NCBI GenBank assembly: GCA_030651135.1
Contig: JAUSCS010000006.1
Coordinates: forward strand, 650,160 to 714,159
From: Candidatus Woesearchaeota archaeon
GTDB lineage: Archaea > Nanobdellota > Nanobdellia > Woesearchaeales > JACPBO01
Length of the DNA: 64,000 bases
Direction: 5' to 3'
In this document: piece by piece, positions 29,624-38,468 of the stretch
Numbering within the stretch: the first letter of the stretch is position 1
Layout of the letters: each line of letters begins with the position of its first letter
The notes under the pieces: generated by a model
Told to the model about the DNA's origin: nothing
Database searches by the model: none
Seen by the model: only the letters and a program-made list of their open reading frames with translations
Translations under genes and position numbers: made by a program

Positions 29624-30411
29624 TATTGCTTAACCTCGCAGTCACCGGGCGGCATTGCAGCCATAACATCATCAAGGTTTATCCTGATCTTCGATTTGTC
29701 CTCAAGGATCTTCTTTACTTTCTTCGCACAGTCGCTTTTTTTAACGCTGCCCTGTTTTATATTTACATAAGCAATGCAGTGCTTTTTGACAGCCTCTTCA
29801 GGAGCAGCCATTATTCTGCCTTCTTTCATTATTCCAATTGATATTTTCAGCAAAGAGCTTACAAAGTTCTTTTTGCCGTATATCATGAAGGAGCCCTTTC
29901 CCATATACTCGCCGCTGGGCGTTTCCAAAGAGACCTGATCCGAATTGACACAATACGCTTCAACAGAAACAAGGTTTGTATTCCATGCCCTGGAATTGGC
30001 AGCTGTAAACTGCGCTGCCTCTTTTTTTGTCTTTTCTCCAATCTCTCTGCCATCTGCTTTTACAATAACAAAAGGAGAGCCCGGCATCTCTGTGTGAAAC
30101 ACCAAATCATCTTTATCCAAATGCTTCTTTACAATGATGTCGTTCGTAGTAGCATCCCTGCCGCCTATACAAAGAAAATCCTCAGAGCTTACAAACCACC
30201 TGAACTTTTCATACCATTCTTTTTTACGTTCAATAACTGTTTTTTCCTTTTCCTCTTTCTCAGCTTCTTTTTTTAATTTCTCCAGTTTTGCCTTTGCAAT
30301 TGCTATGGCCTCTTCTGCCCCTTTTATTTTCTTTCTTGCTTTTTTTGCTTTTTCAAAGTAATGCCCTGCATTCTGCTCTAATGACTTTTTAATGTTCAAT
30401 ATCAATTGCAT
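29623..30411 (-). CDS. NFACT-R (DUF814) domain protein
   Basis: DLVFHTEMPGSPFVIVKADG fits the NFACT-R (DUF814) signature block; coiled-coil Lys/Glu-rich N-terminus. Confidence 0.5.
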   Translation of the reverse strand: MQLILNIKKSLEQNAGHYFEKAKKARKKIKGAEEAIAIAKAKLEKLKKEAEKEEKEKTVIERKKEWYEKFRWFVSSEDFLCIGGRDATTNDIIVKKHLDKDDLVFHTEMPGSPFVIVKADGREIGEKTKKEAAQFTAANSRAWNTNLVSVEAYCVNSDQVSLETPSGEYMGKGSFMIYGKKNFVSSLLKISIGIMKEGRIMAAPEEAVKKHCIAYVNIKQGSVKKSDCAKKVKKILEDKSKIRINLDDVMAAMPPGDCEVKQ

Positions 30412-30452
30412 AAAAAGAAAAAGTATTGTTTTAGTATAAAAATGTTGTTGAT

Positions 30453-31175
30453 TTACGCTTCAGCTGTTTCTTCAGTTTTATTTTCAATTTCAGCTGTTTC
30501 TTCAGCATTTTCCGGCTGGGCTTTTGCTTCTTCCTCATTTTCTTTCAACTCTGCCTGAGGCTTTTCTTCCTTTAACTCTGCTTCTTTTATTTCTTCGGGC
30601 TTTTTTCCTTCTTCAATTGTCATCATTTTAATCTCAAGATTTTTAACAGGATATATTTTTGACATATCAGCCTTCACTTTCTTTTGCAGCCTGCTGCCAA
30701 TAATTTCATAAAGGAGAGCTTCGTAAGTCAGCTTTGCAACAGCTTCTTTAAGCAAGACCTGCATTTTCTTCCTTAATTTTGAAAGAATTGAGTTCTTTGT
30801 TGATGCTACTGTTATCGCCAATGGCTTTATTCTTATCACCTTGTTGTCAAGTGTTTTGCATGCAAAAGAATCGTCAACCCTTTCCTTTTCGCGCCTTATC
30901 ATTCTTCTTATTGAAGCAGGGTTCATCATATAGCCAATAACATCAGTAAAAACCCTGTTGCCTTCTATCCTGTTGATAACAAACTGCATATTTATATTCT
31001 GGTTTTTTGGGTCGCCAGTGAGGTTCATCAAATTTGCCGAAATACTCCTATTGAGCAGGCTTTTAATATCAGTAACCAGTGTTTCACCTATTACCTGCTC
31101 GCTGAATATTTTTGGAGCTATGATTGAATGCCACTTTTTCTTCTTGATCTTAAGTTCTGTTTCCTTTTCAGCCAT
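30453..31175 (-). CDS. rps3ae: 30S ribosomal protein S3Ae (S1e) with acidic/Lys-rich C-terminal extension
   Basis: KKKKWHSIIAPKIFSEQVIGET... is the characteristic S3Ae N-terminus. Confidence 0.75.
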   Translation of the reverse strand: MAEKETELKIKKKKWHSIIAPKIFSEQVIGETLVTDIKSLLNRSISANLMNLTGDPKNQNINMQFVINRIEGNRVFTDVIGYMMNPASIRRMIRREKERVDDSFACKTLDNKVIRIKPLAITVASTKNSILSKLRKKMQVLLKEAVAKLTYEALLYEIIGSRLQKKVKADMSKIYPVKNLEIKMMTIEEGKKPEEIKEAELKEEKPQAELKENEEEAKAQPENAEETAEIENKTEETAEA

Positions 31176-31278
31176 TTTACTATTGTTGGAAAAAGGGATT
31201 TGTTTAAAAAGCCTTCGGTTTTTTATTCAGCCAGCACATTCACAAGTTTTTTAAATAGGCTCGCTTTGCCTGTTTTCA

Positions 31279-31817
31279 TGAACAACAAAATGCTAGGATG
31301 GGCTCTTATAATATTTGCAGTCTTAATGCTCTCTGTTCTTTTTTTTATAAAGCTCGGCATTGACAGGGCTTATCAGGCGCAGATTGATTTTTATGAAACA
31401 ACTGGTGGAACCTGCCCGACTGATCCCAACATATGCCCTCACACTCAAAAAGCAAAAGCCCAGATCCCAATATATATAGGCGCGGCAATAATGCTTGCAG
31501 TGGCAAGCCTTGGGTTTTATCTCATTTTCTTTGAAAAAAGCCAGCAGGAAGTTATCAGAGCATTGAAAGAAACAAAGGATGAAAAATTCAAAGGGGAGAA
31601 ATTTGATATTCTGCTCAGCGGCCTGGGTGATGATGAGAAAAAGATAATCAAAGCAGTTAAAGAGCAGGACGGAATAACGCAGGCAACATTAAGAATAAGG
31701 ACGGATATGTCAAAGGCAAAGCTTTCTGTTGTGCTTTCAGGCCTTGAAAAGAAGGGCCTCATTAAAAAAGTTGCCAAAGGTAAGACAAATCAGGTATTCT
31801 TAAAGAAGGCGATTTAA
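31279..31817 (+). CDS. membrane-anchored winged-HTH protein (two N-terminal TM helices, cytoplasmic MarR-like wHTH)
   Basis: Likely start MNNKMLGWALIIFAV. C-terminus KKIIKAVKEQDGITQATLRIRTDMSKAKLSVVLSGLEKKGLIKK. Paralogs at 37925 and 51522. Confidence 0.5.
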
Positions 31818-31908
31818 TCATTTTTGAACGATTCTGAACATATTTTTGGTTATTTAAACACATCAGAGCCTGTTTATCAGTACAGTTTATGAGGTTAAAT
31901 ATATCATC

Positions 31909-32190
31909 TTGGCCTTATTCTGCATTAATATGCCAAAAAAACACGATCGAATCAAATATGACCAAATCATATTGTATGCTGTGATGGTTATTTTAATTGC
32001 AGCATTGATGTGGAGCGTATTCGGATTAACACAAAAGAATTATTTCGGATCTGATTACAATAAAGCAATACAAAGCCAAAACAAAGAAAACATCTGCGCA
32101 ACTCCTGAAGGTTACACAGATCAGGAATGGATAGAGCACATGGGGCATCACCCTGATCAATACAAGGAATGTTTGGACAAGCTAAAATGA
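31909..32190 (+). CDS. hypothetical small membrane protein
   Basis: One TM helix; no motif. Confidence 0.3.
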   Translation: MALFCINMPKKHDRIKYDQIILYAVMVILIAALMWSVFGLTQKNYFGSDYNKAIQSQNKENICATPEGYTDQEWIEHMGHHPDQYKECLDKLK

Positions 32191-32663
32191 ATGCAAAAAC
32201 AAAACTGATTGCCGGATTGGCATTGATTGTATTGGTGATCTTTTCATTGGCGATTATATTAAACGCATCAAAAAGCAAAATGCCGATGCTTGCAAATGAA
32301 AATATGCTGCCGGAGTTTGTGATGAACAACTATCAGAACAAGCTGGCTTACAGCATTGCGCTTGACAGGCAGGAAGATTTTGAATATATTGCATGCTACT
32401 GCGGCTGCGGAATGCATGAAATGCAGCACAGGGGAAAAACAATCCCAATAATGCACAGCCTCAAGGAATGCTTCATAAATGAAGACGGGAGCTGGCAGGA
32501 TCATGCTGCAATTGACTGTCCTGCATGTGTTGCCATAGCATTAAAAGCAGACGAGCTGCTCAAGCAGGGTTTATCATTAAAGGAAACCAGGGAATATATA
32601 GATACCGAATATGTTGATCAAAGATATATTGAAATGGGGACAAAGACACCCCTGCCGCCGTAA
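32187..32663 (+). CDS. PCYCGC-motif family protein (membrane-anchored, extracytoplasmic Cys-rich)
   Basis: Likely start MNAKTKLIAG. Motif IACYCGCGMHEMQH plus a further CPAC. Confidence 0.5.
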   Translation: MNAKTKLIAGLALIVLVIFSLAIILNASKSKMPMLANENMLPEFVMNNYQNKLAYSIALDRQEDFEYIACYCGCGMHEMQHRGKTIPIMHSLKECFINEDGSWQDHAAIDCPACVAIALKADELLKQGLSLKETREYIDTEYVDQRYIEMGTKTPLPP

Positions 32664-32677
32664 TTAGTGAAAACAAA

Positions 32678-33175
32678 ATGAAAAAAAACTTATTTTTTAT
32701 GGCAATGTTATTTCTTGCATTAGCAGCATTCATGCCGTTTGTAAGCGCGCATTGCCCGCTTTGCACAGCTGCTGTCGGTATGGGAGTTGCTGTAACGAGG
32801 TTTTATGGAGTCGATGATATGATTGTCGGGCTTTGGGTCGGCGCATTCATAATTTCAACAGCATTGTGGCTCAATAATGTGCTGAAGAAAAAATACATTC
32901 CATTCCAGGACCACATTGTTACAATATTGATATTTGCTGCAACAATAATTTCCTTTTATTTCGGGGGATTATTCAATGCAAGCAGTATTTTTGGAGTAGA
33001 CAAATTATTATTAGGCATAATAGCAGGCAGCATTTTAGTTTATGCAGGATTGTTCATAAGCAGCAATGTGAAGCAGATTAACAAAAACAAAGTTATATTT
33101 CCATTTCAGACAATTATTTTTATTTTGGCCTTGTTGGCAATAACAAGCGTAATAGTGTGGCTGGCAATAAGATGA
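32678..33175 (+). CDS. integral membrane protein with N-terminal CPLC motif
   Basis: Signal/TM segment, HCPLCTAAVGMG, four predicted TM helices. Confidence 0.45.
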   Translation: MKKNLFFMAMLFLALAAFMPFVSAHCPLCTAAVGMGVAVTRFYGVDDMIVGLWVGAFIISTALWLNNVLKKKYIPFQDHIVTILIFAATIISFYFGGLFNASSIFGVDKLLLGIIAGSILVYAGLFISSNVKQINKNKVIFPFQTIIFILALLAITSVIVWLAIR

Positions 33176-33675
33176 TAGCTGAAAATATCAAGATGGATGT
33201 GAATGAGCTTGTGAAAAGGGCGAATGTCATTAAAAATAAAGGCAAGGTTGACCTTTCATCAGATGAGGATTTGAGCATAGCCCTAATGAATCTGATAAGC
33301 ATAGAAGAGCACATGTATTTCAGCGCAATGAAGACGAATAAGAAGCTCTACCTTGATCTTTTAAATCAAATAAGAGAGCTAAGAAAAAATCTGCTTAAGG
33401 AAATAGTTAAAGAGCCTGAAGGCGAAGTGTGGTGCATAAGCAAGCATCTGCTTGGAGCAAGCATGCGCCTGATTGAAGTTGGCAATAAGCATCTGAATAA
33501 AGATGAAAATAAAGCACAGATGTTTTTCAAAAACGCATTTGACCTTTACACTTTATTTTGGAGCCTGAATCTGAAATTAATAAAATCAGGCGAGATGATC
33601 CAGACCCAAGGCAGCAGCTGGAAGGAAAAGCTTGCAAACATTGTTAAAAAAGTAATAGACTGCTGTAAGGAGTGA
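33157..33675 (+). CDS. hypothetical helical cytoplasmic protein
   Basis: 172 aa, no motif; overlaps the upstream gene. Confidence 0.4.
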   Translation: MAGNKMIAENIKMDVNELVKRANVIKNKGKVDLSSDEDLSIALMNLISIEEHMYFSAMKTNKKLYLDLLNQIRELRKNLLKEIVKEPEGEVWCISKHLLGASMRLIEVGNKHLNKDENKAQMFFKNAFDLYTLFWSLNLKLIKSGEMIQTQGSSWKEKLANIVKKVIDCCKE

Positions 33676-33739
33676 AAAAATGCATAAGGTTTTTAAATGA
33701 AAACAAACAACACATTAAAACAGAGGGGTGAAATTAAAA

Positions 33740-34450
33740 ATGGCAGCAATAAAACATAAAACTAAGTTAAAGGAAACAATAAACAAATTGAGTATTTGGC
33801 TGATAGTTGTTATCGCTTTACTTGTTGTTTTTAATCAATGGCAGATATCGGGCATAGCATCGAGATTTGCAGCAACAGGCATTTCGACAACATCAAGCTC
33901 TACAACGTCTGGCAGCACAGCAGTAAGTTCATCAAATCTTCAAAGTTCTGTTATTCCGACAGGAGTTCCGAGAATTTACGGAGCAGAGTTTGGCTTAAGC
34001 TATGATGATATTTCTTCGAATGATGCAAGAAAGACACAGGCAGCAATAAATAAGATGGGGGTTTATGATAAGTCAATCACACTGACAGGAGATGATTTGC
34101 AGCGCTATATAGCTGTCGGCATGCAAATAAGCTGTGAATATTGCTGCGGAGCTGAGGCAATTATCTTTAAAAATGGAGCTGCGGCATGCGGTTGCGCCCA
34201 CAGCGGTGCAATGCGCGGATTGGCAAAATACCTGATAAGCAAGCATCCGAATGATTTCACAAACGACGAAATCCTGGAAGAGCTTGGAAAATGGAAAACA
34301 CTGTTCTTCCCAGGCATAATGACTCAGAAAGCTGCGGTATTGCAGTCCAAGGGAATTGAGTTTAATTACATAAACCTTGCTTCAAACAAATACAGGGGAA
34401 TAGAGAAAGGAGCAACATCATCTGGCGGGGCAATGGTGGGAGGCTGTTAA
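33740..34450 (+). CDS. membrane-anchored Ser/Thr-rich protein with CEYCCG/CGCAHS Cys cluster and C-terminal MVGGC
   Basis: SD (GAGGGGTGA) precedes MAAIKHK. TM helix, S/T stalk, ...ISCEYCCGAEAII...AACGCAHSGAMRG..., ending ...GGAMVGGC. Confidence 0.5.
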   Translation: MAAIKHKTKLKETINKLSIWLIVVIALLVVFNQWQISGIASRFAATGISTTSSSTTSGSTAVSSSNLQSSVIPTGVPRIYGAEFGLSYDDISSNDARKTQAAINKMGVYDKSITLTGDDLQRYIAVGMQISCEYCCGAEAIIFKNGAAACGCAHSGAMRGLAKYLISKHPNDFTNDEILEELGKWKTLFFPGIMTQKAAVLQSKGIEFNYINLASNKYRGIEKGATSSGGAMVGGC

Positions 34451-34451
34451 G

Positions 34452-34721
34452 ATGGATAAAAAAATAACAGTAATTGTCGTCCTGCTGTCAGTCATCATGA
34501 TAGTTTCGTTTATTCAGGCATTCCAACTGATGGATATCAAGGCCAAGCTATCTGTAGCAGGTCTTGCAACAGGCGGAAGCGCAGCAAACGGCAAGCTCGA
34601 CACAACAGGATGGACAGAGAACGAAAAAATGAATTATGAAATGCATGGAACCATTCCTGCAAGAATCGGGCAAGGCAGCAGTTCAGGATCTAGTGCATCA
34701 TCAATGGTAGGAGGCTGCTAA
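34452..34721 (+). CDS. small membrane-anchored protein ending in MVGGC (family member 2)
   Basis: MDKKITVIVVLLSVIMIVSFIQAFQL...SSMVGGC. Starts 1 nt after the upstream stop. Confidence 0.5.
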   Translation: MDKKITVIVVLLSVIMIVSFIQAFQLMDIKAKLSVAGLATGGSAANGKLDTTGWTENEKMNYEMHGTIPARIGQGSSSGSSASSMVGGC

Positions 34722-34764
34722 ATGATAAAAAATAAAATAAAACAAAAAATAAGGAGGAAATAAA

Positions 34765-34962
34765 ATGGACAAGAACATAATAATAGCGATTGTGTTGGGC
34801 GTTTTATTGCTCGTATCTGTTGTGCAGGCATTTGAGCTGAACACAATAAAAACAAAGCTGAGCAGCGGAACAGTTGCAGTTTCAGGTGCAACTACAACAT
34901 CTTCAAGTGCAGCATCTGCGTCAGCATCAAGCTCATCCGGCGGAATGGTTGGCGGTTGTTAG
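34765..34962 (+). CDS. small membrane-anchored protein ending in MVGGC (family member 3)
   Basis: MDKNIIIAIVLGVLLLVSVVQAFEL...SSSSGGMVGGC. SD AAGGAGGAAA upstream. Confidence 0.5.
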   Translation: MDKNIIIAIVLGVLLLVSVVQAFELNTIKTKLSSGTVAVSGATTTSSSAASASASSSSGGMVGGC

Positions 34963-34971
34963 GAGGTAAAA

Positions 34972-35169
34972 ATGAAAATAAAAATAGCATTGATCTTATT
35001 GTTGGTTATAGGATTGATTTTTGTGGCAGGATGCTCGTCAAGCAGTGATTATGGCAGCGGCAGCGCTCCAAGCGGGCCAGTTGGCGGCGGTTGTGGAGTT
35101 ATAGGGCCGGAAGATACAAATGCAAACAATGCAGTTGAGAAGATTAATTCAGTTAAAGAACTTTTTTAA
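34972..35169 (+). CDS. small lipoprotein-like protein with lipobox-like FVAGC and internal PVGGGCG
   Basis: MKIKIALILLLVIGLIFVAGCSSSS...PVGGGCG...; SD GAGGTAAAA. Confidence 0.45.
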   Translation: MKIKIALILLLVIGLIFVAGCSSSSDYGSGSAPSGPVGGGCGVIGPEDTNANNAVEKINSVKELF

Positions 35170-35191
35170 TTGATTTATTTAAACAAACAAA

Positions 35192-35653
35192 ATGGAAGAA
35201 CTGAACAAAAAGGAGATTGAAGAAAAAAGGCAACAGAAGCATCGCGAGGAAGCAGACCAGCTAAGGCAGCAGAGGGAGCAGCTGGATAAGGAAAGAAAAG
35301 AAAATGCCGCAGCTAAAAAAAGAAACAAAATAATGATTTTGTCAGTTATCGCGGTTATAATTATAGCGATAATAGCATACAGCATCTATTCTGCATCAAA
35401 ACCAGGCGCTTTTGATGATTTTGCAAAATGCTTAAAAGAAAAGGGCGCAGTGATGTACGGCGCGATAGAATGGTGCCAGTACACGAAGCAGCAGGCAAAG
35501 ATGTTTGGAAACTCATTTAAATATGTTGATTACAGGGATTACCAGAAAGGGCCGGATATAAAAGTGACTCCGACATGGATAATAAACAATGAACGATACG
35601 AAAAAGTGCAGAGTTTTCAAAGATTGTCTGAGTTAACAGGTTGCAAGATTTAA
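35192..35653 (+). CDS. membrane-anchored protein with charged coiled-coil N-terminus and thioredoxin/glutaredoxin-like C-terminal domain (CxxT variant)
   Basis: KCLKEKGAVMYGAIEWCQYTKQQAKMFG...PTWIINN is a Trx-like layout. Confidence 0.4.
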   Translation: MEELNKKEIEEKRQQKHREEADQLRQQREQLDKERKENAAAKKRNKIMILSVIAVIIIAIIAYSIYSASKPGAFDDFAKCLKEKGAVMYGAIEWCQYTKQQAKMFGNSFKYVDYRDYQKGPDIKVTPTWIINNERYEKVQSFQRLSELTGCKI

Positions 35654-35670
35654 GATTTGGCGAGGTAAAA

Positions 35671-36492
35671 ATGGAAGAAAAAACTAAAAATAGAAAATTC
35701 AGCTTTACTAGCATCAAGTTGTTGCTAGTTGCTCTTATCCTCATAGTGTTCTTAACAAACCTGTTTATAATATTTGGGATAAGCAGCCAGATTGTTGTTA
35801 AAAAAGGCGTATCTTCTGTTTATATCAAAGCATCTTCATGCGAGAGCTGCAGCGATTTGACTGGCCTGGTCCCTGCGCTTAAAAATATAGGCGTTGTTTT
35901 TGGAAACGAGAAAACATTTGATGCCAGCAGCGCAGAAGGAAAACAACTGATAGATAGATATAAAATATTAAAACTGCCTGCATTTATATTTTCAAAGGAA
36001 ATATCCCAATACGAAGAAGTGACAAGCGCATGGAGCCAAATGGGAAGCGTTGAAAAGGACGGCAGCTATGTTTTAAGGCTGATAAACCCGCCTTATTTTG
36101 ATATCGCAGCATCTAAGGTAACGGGTTTTGTTGATATAACATATCTGACAGATAACAGCTGCAAAGCGTGCTATAATGTCACAGTTCACAAAATTATACT
36201 CTCAAATCCGCAAAGCTTCGGAATGGCTATTTCAGCTGAGAGATATGTGGACATTTCATCTGAGACTGGAAAAGAGCTGGTCAGGAAATACAACATAACT
36301 CTTGTTCCGACAGCGATAATATCAAAAGATGCTGCCCTCTACCCTTCGCTCACAGTAGTTTGGCCTCAGGTTGGATCGGTTGAGAGTGACGGAAGCTACA
36401 TTTTCAGGGATTTGAGTGTGCTGAAAGTTGTTTATAAAAACATTGCAAACAACACAATAATAAACGCGTCGTCATCAGCAGCTGCAAGCTAA
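35671..36492 (+). CDS. membrane-anchored protein with two thioredoxin-fold domains (CxxC: SCESC and SCKAC)
   Basis: Likely start MEEKTKNRKF after GAGGT. TM helix, then two Trx-like repeats each with a CxxC. Confidence 0.5.
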   Translation: MEEKTKNRKFSFTSIKLLLVALILIVFLTNLFIIFGISSQIVVKKGVSSVYIKASSCESCSDLTGLVPALKNIGVVFGNEKTFDASSAEGKQLIDRYKILKLPAFIFSKEISQYEEVTSAWSQMGSVEKDGSYVLRLINPPYFDIAASKVTGFVDITYLTDNSCKACYNVTVHKIILSNPQSFGMAISAERYVDISSETGKELVRKYNITLVPTAIISKDAALYPSLTVVWPQVGSVESDGSYIFRDLSVLKVVYKNIANNTIINASSSAAAS

Positions 36493-36493
36493 A

Positions 36494-37126
36494 ATGTTTT
36501 ATAATGGCATAATAAGTGCGCTTTATGATTTTGAAATCAGGCTCTTTTTGCTTTTTTTAGGAGGCGAGAAAAGGCTAAGGGAAGCTGCAGCAAATGCTGT
36601 TGATATCGGGCATGCAAAAAACACATTAGATGTTTTTTGCGGCACAGGAACATTGACAAGCCTGATTGCAGAAAAAACCAAAGGCAATGTTTTTGGGGTG
36701 GATCTGTCAGAAAATATGATAAGAAGAGCCAGGAAAAAAACAAGCTCCAAAAACACAAAATACATTGTTGCCGATGCAAAAAATATCCCCTTTGAAGACA
36801 ATTACTTTGATATTGCATTCGAATCCCTGGGCCTGCACGAATTAAAATTCAAAGACAGAAATAAGGCAATAGCAGAGATTTACAGGACATTGAAAAAAGG
36901 AGGCACAGCGGTTTTTGTTGAATATGTGAAGCCAAAAAAACAAACAGTCATATTTTTAATATTGAAGTGCATTGAAACAATAATTGACAGGGAAGCCATT
37001 GACGACTTTTTCAGCAGGGATTTTCAAAGTCATTTGGAATACCATAAGTTTAAAGTTATCAATAAAATTCCTGTGCTGAAAGGTTATGCCAACATATTTG
37101 TGGCTAAAAAATCATATAGCAAATGA
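36494..37126 (+). CDS. class I SAM-dependent methyltransferase (UbiE/Methyltransf_11-like)
   Basis: LDVFCGTGTLTSLIA...GVDLSENMIRRARKK. Confidence 0.6.
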   Translation: MFYNGIISALYDFEIRLFLLFLGGEKRLREAAANAVDIGHAKNTLDVFCGTGTLTSLIAEKTKGNVFGVDLSENMIRRARKKTSSKNTKYIVADAKNIPFEDNYFDIAFESLGLHELKFKDRNKAIAEIYRTLKKGGTAVFVEYVKPKKQTVIFLILKCIETIIDREAIDDFFSRDFQSHLEYHKFKVINKIPVLKGYANIFVAKKSYSK

Positions 37127-37170
37127 CACAAATTTTTATACAATATATGAATGTCATTTGCTTATTACGA

Positions 37171-37204
37171 GCGGACAACTATTTGTATAAAAACTATTGT
37201 CCGC
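37171..37204. promoter_or_regulatory. inverted repeat GCGGACAA-N18-TTGTCCGC enclosing a TATA box (TTTGTATAAAAAC); candidate repressor operator/promoter of the micro-ORF-methyltransferase unit
   Basis: Perfect 8-bp arms at 37171-37178 and 37197-37204. The TATA lies in the loop; SD GAGGTG at 37221; ATG at 37231. Confidence 0.4.
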
Positions 37205-37230
37205 GAGTATAAATGCAGATGAGGTGCAAA

Positions 37231-37260
37231 ATGGGAAAAGGCAAAAAAGGATGCTGCTAG
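37231..37260 (+). CDS. SD-led micro-ORF MGKGKKGCC (9 aa)
   Basis: ATG GGA AAA GGC AAA AAA GGA TGC TGC TAG preceded by GAGGTG. The same peptide is encoded at 42353. Confidence 0.35.
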   Translation: MGKGKKGCC

Positions 37261-37289
37261 CAAGTTAGTTAAGCAATACGAAGGCAAGA

Positions 37290-37904
37290 ATGGAAAAAAA
37301 TGGGTGGGACAGAATATATAAAGAAAACAGCCTGAAAAAAATTCCCTGGCATACTGAACAGCCTGAAAAAAATCTTGTGAAGCTTGTTGAGCAGGGGAAA
37401 ATCAAGCCAGGAGAAGTTCTTGACATGTGCTCGGGAGCAGGGACAAACTCTATTTATCTGGCTTCAAAGGGGTTTAAGGTTACAGGAGTTGACGTATCCC
37501 CTACAGCAGTAAAGATAGCAAAAGAAAGGTGCCTGAGAAAAGGCGTGGCTTGCAATTATCTTATGGGCAAGGTATTGAAATTCAAGACAAACAAAAAATT
37601 TGACTTTATTTTTGACAGAGGATGCTTTCACCATATTCCGGATAAAGACAAGCCAAAATATGTTAAAAGGCTTATTAATGTATTGAAGGGCAATGGCAGG
37701 GTTTACATCCAGTGCTTCAGCGATAAAAATCATTTTGACAAAAGCATTTCAAAGGAGGACATTTTAAGGTATTTTTCAGGCCCTTTTAAAATAGCCCATA
37801 TTAAAGAATCCATTCACACAGAGCCCGGCGGGGGAAAAATATACATGCACAATGTTTTTATGAAGAAAAAGAAAAACTTGGATTTTAATCGATCTCAAAA
37901 ATAA
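37290..37904 (+). CDS. SAM-dependent methyltransferase (TPMT/TehB-like)
   Basis: VLDMCSGAGTNSIYLASKGFKVTGVDVSPTAV. Confidence 0.6.
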   Translation: MEKNGWDRIYKENSLKKIPWHTEQPEKNLVKLVEQGKIKPGEVLDMCSGAGTNSIYLASKGFKVTGVDVSPTAVKIAKERCLRKGVACNYLMGKVLKFKTNKKFDFIFDRGCFHHIPDKDKPKYVKRLINVLKGNGRVYIQCFSDKNHFDKSISKEDILRYFSGPFKIAHIKESIHTEPGGGKIYMHNVFMKKKKNLDFNRSQK

Positions 37905-37924
37905 TACAACTAAAATAAACAAAG

Positions 37925-38416
37925 ATGAAAGAAACTTTAAAAAATCTGAATAATGCATCAAAAAGTGTATTGATTGTTTTAGTCATTATTGCTGTATATT
38001 TTTTATTGTTCCCGTTTATAGGCTCGTTTTTTATACGAGAACAAACTCCTATGATGCAAGGAATGAGCGAGATGATGGGAGCTAATATAATGAGTTCTTC
38101 TTCAATAAGCTCAATTACAATAAACCTTATTTCACTCATTTTTGCTTTAGGTTTAGGATTTCTTGCCTCGTTGTACTTATTTAAGATGAAGATAGAAGAT
38201 AAAGAATATAAAATTTTAAGAAAAGCATTGTCAGACGATAAAAAGAAGATTTTTGATGAGATTAAAAAGGCGGGTGAAATAACACAAGATTCACTAAGAT
38301 TTAGGCTAAACTGGAGTAAATCTAAAGTTTCAACTATTTTAACAGATCTTGACAAGATGAATTTAATTCAAAGAGAGAGGGTTGGAAAGACATATAAAGT
38401 GTATTTACAAAAATGA
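37925..38416 (+). CDS. membrane-anchored winged-HTH protein (paralog of 31279 and 51522)
   Basis: Two TM helices, then KKKIFDEIKKAGEITQDSLRFRLNWSKSKVSTILTDLDKMNLIQRERVGKTYKVYL. Confidence 0.5.
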   Translation: MKETLKNLNNASKSVLIVLVIIAVYFLLFPFIGSFFIREQTPMMQGMSEMMGANIMSSSSISSITINLISLIFALGLGFLASLYLFKMKIEDKEYKILRKALSDDKKKIFDEIKKAGEITQDSLRFRLNWSKSKVSTILTDLDKMNLIQRERVGKTYKVYLQK

Positions 38417-38468
38417 TGGTTTAAAACGGTTTAAATGGCAGGATAGTTATACTTGTTTTAATGTTTCA

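Noticed and set aside
31128-31278. Track start at 31128 for the membrane wHTH protein
   Set aside because: It would overlap the S3Ae gene end by 48 nt on the opposite strand. The internal MNNKM start gives a standard N-in two-TM topology.
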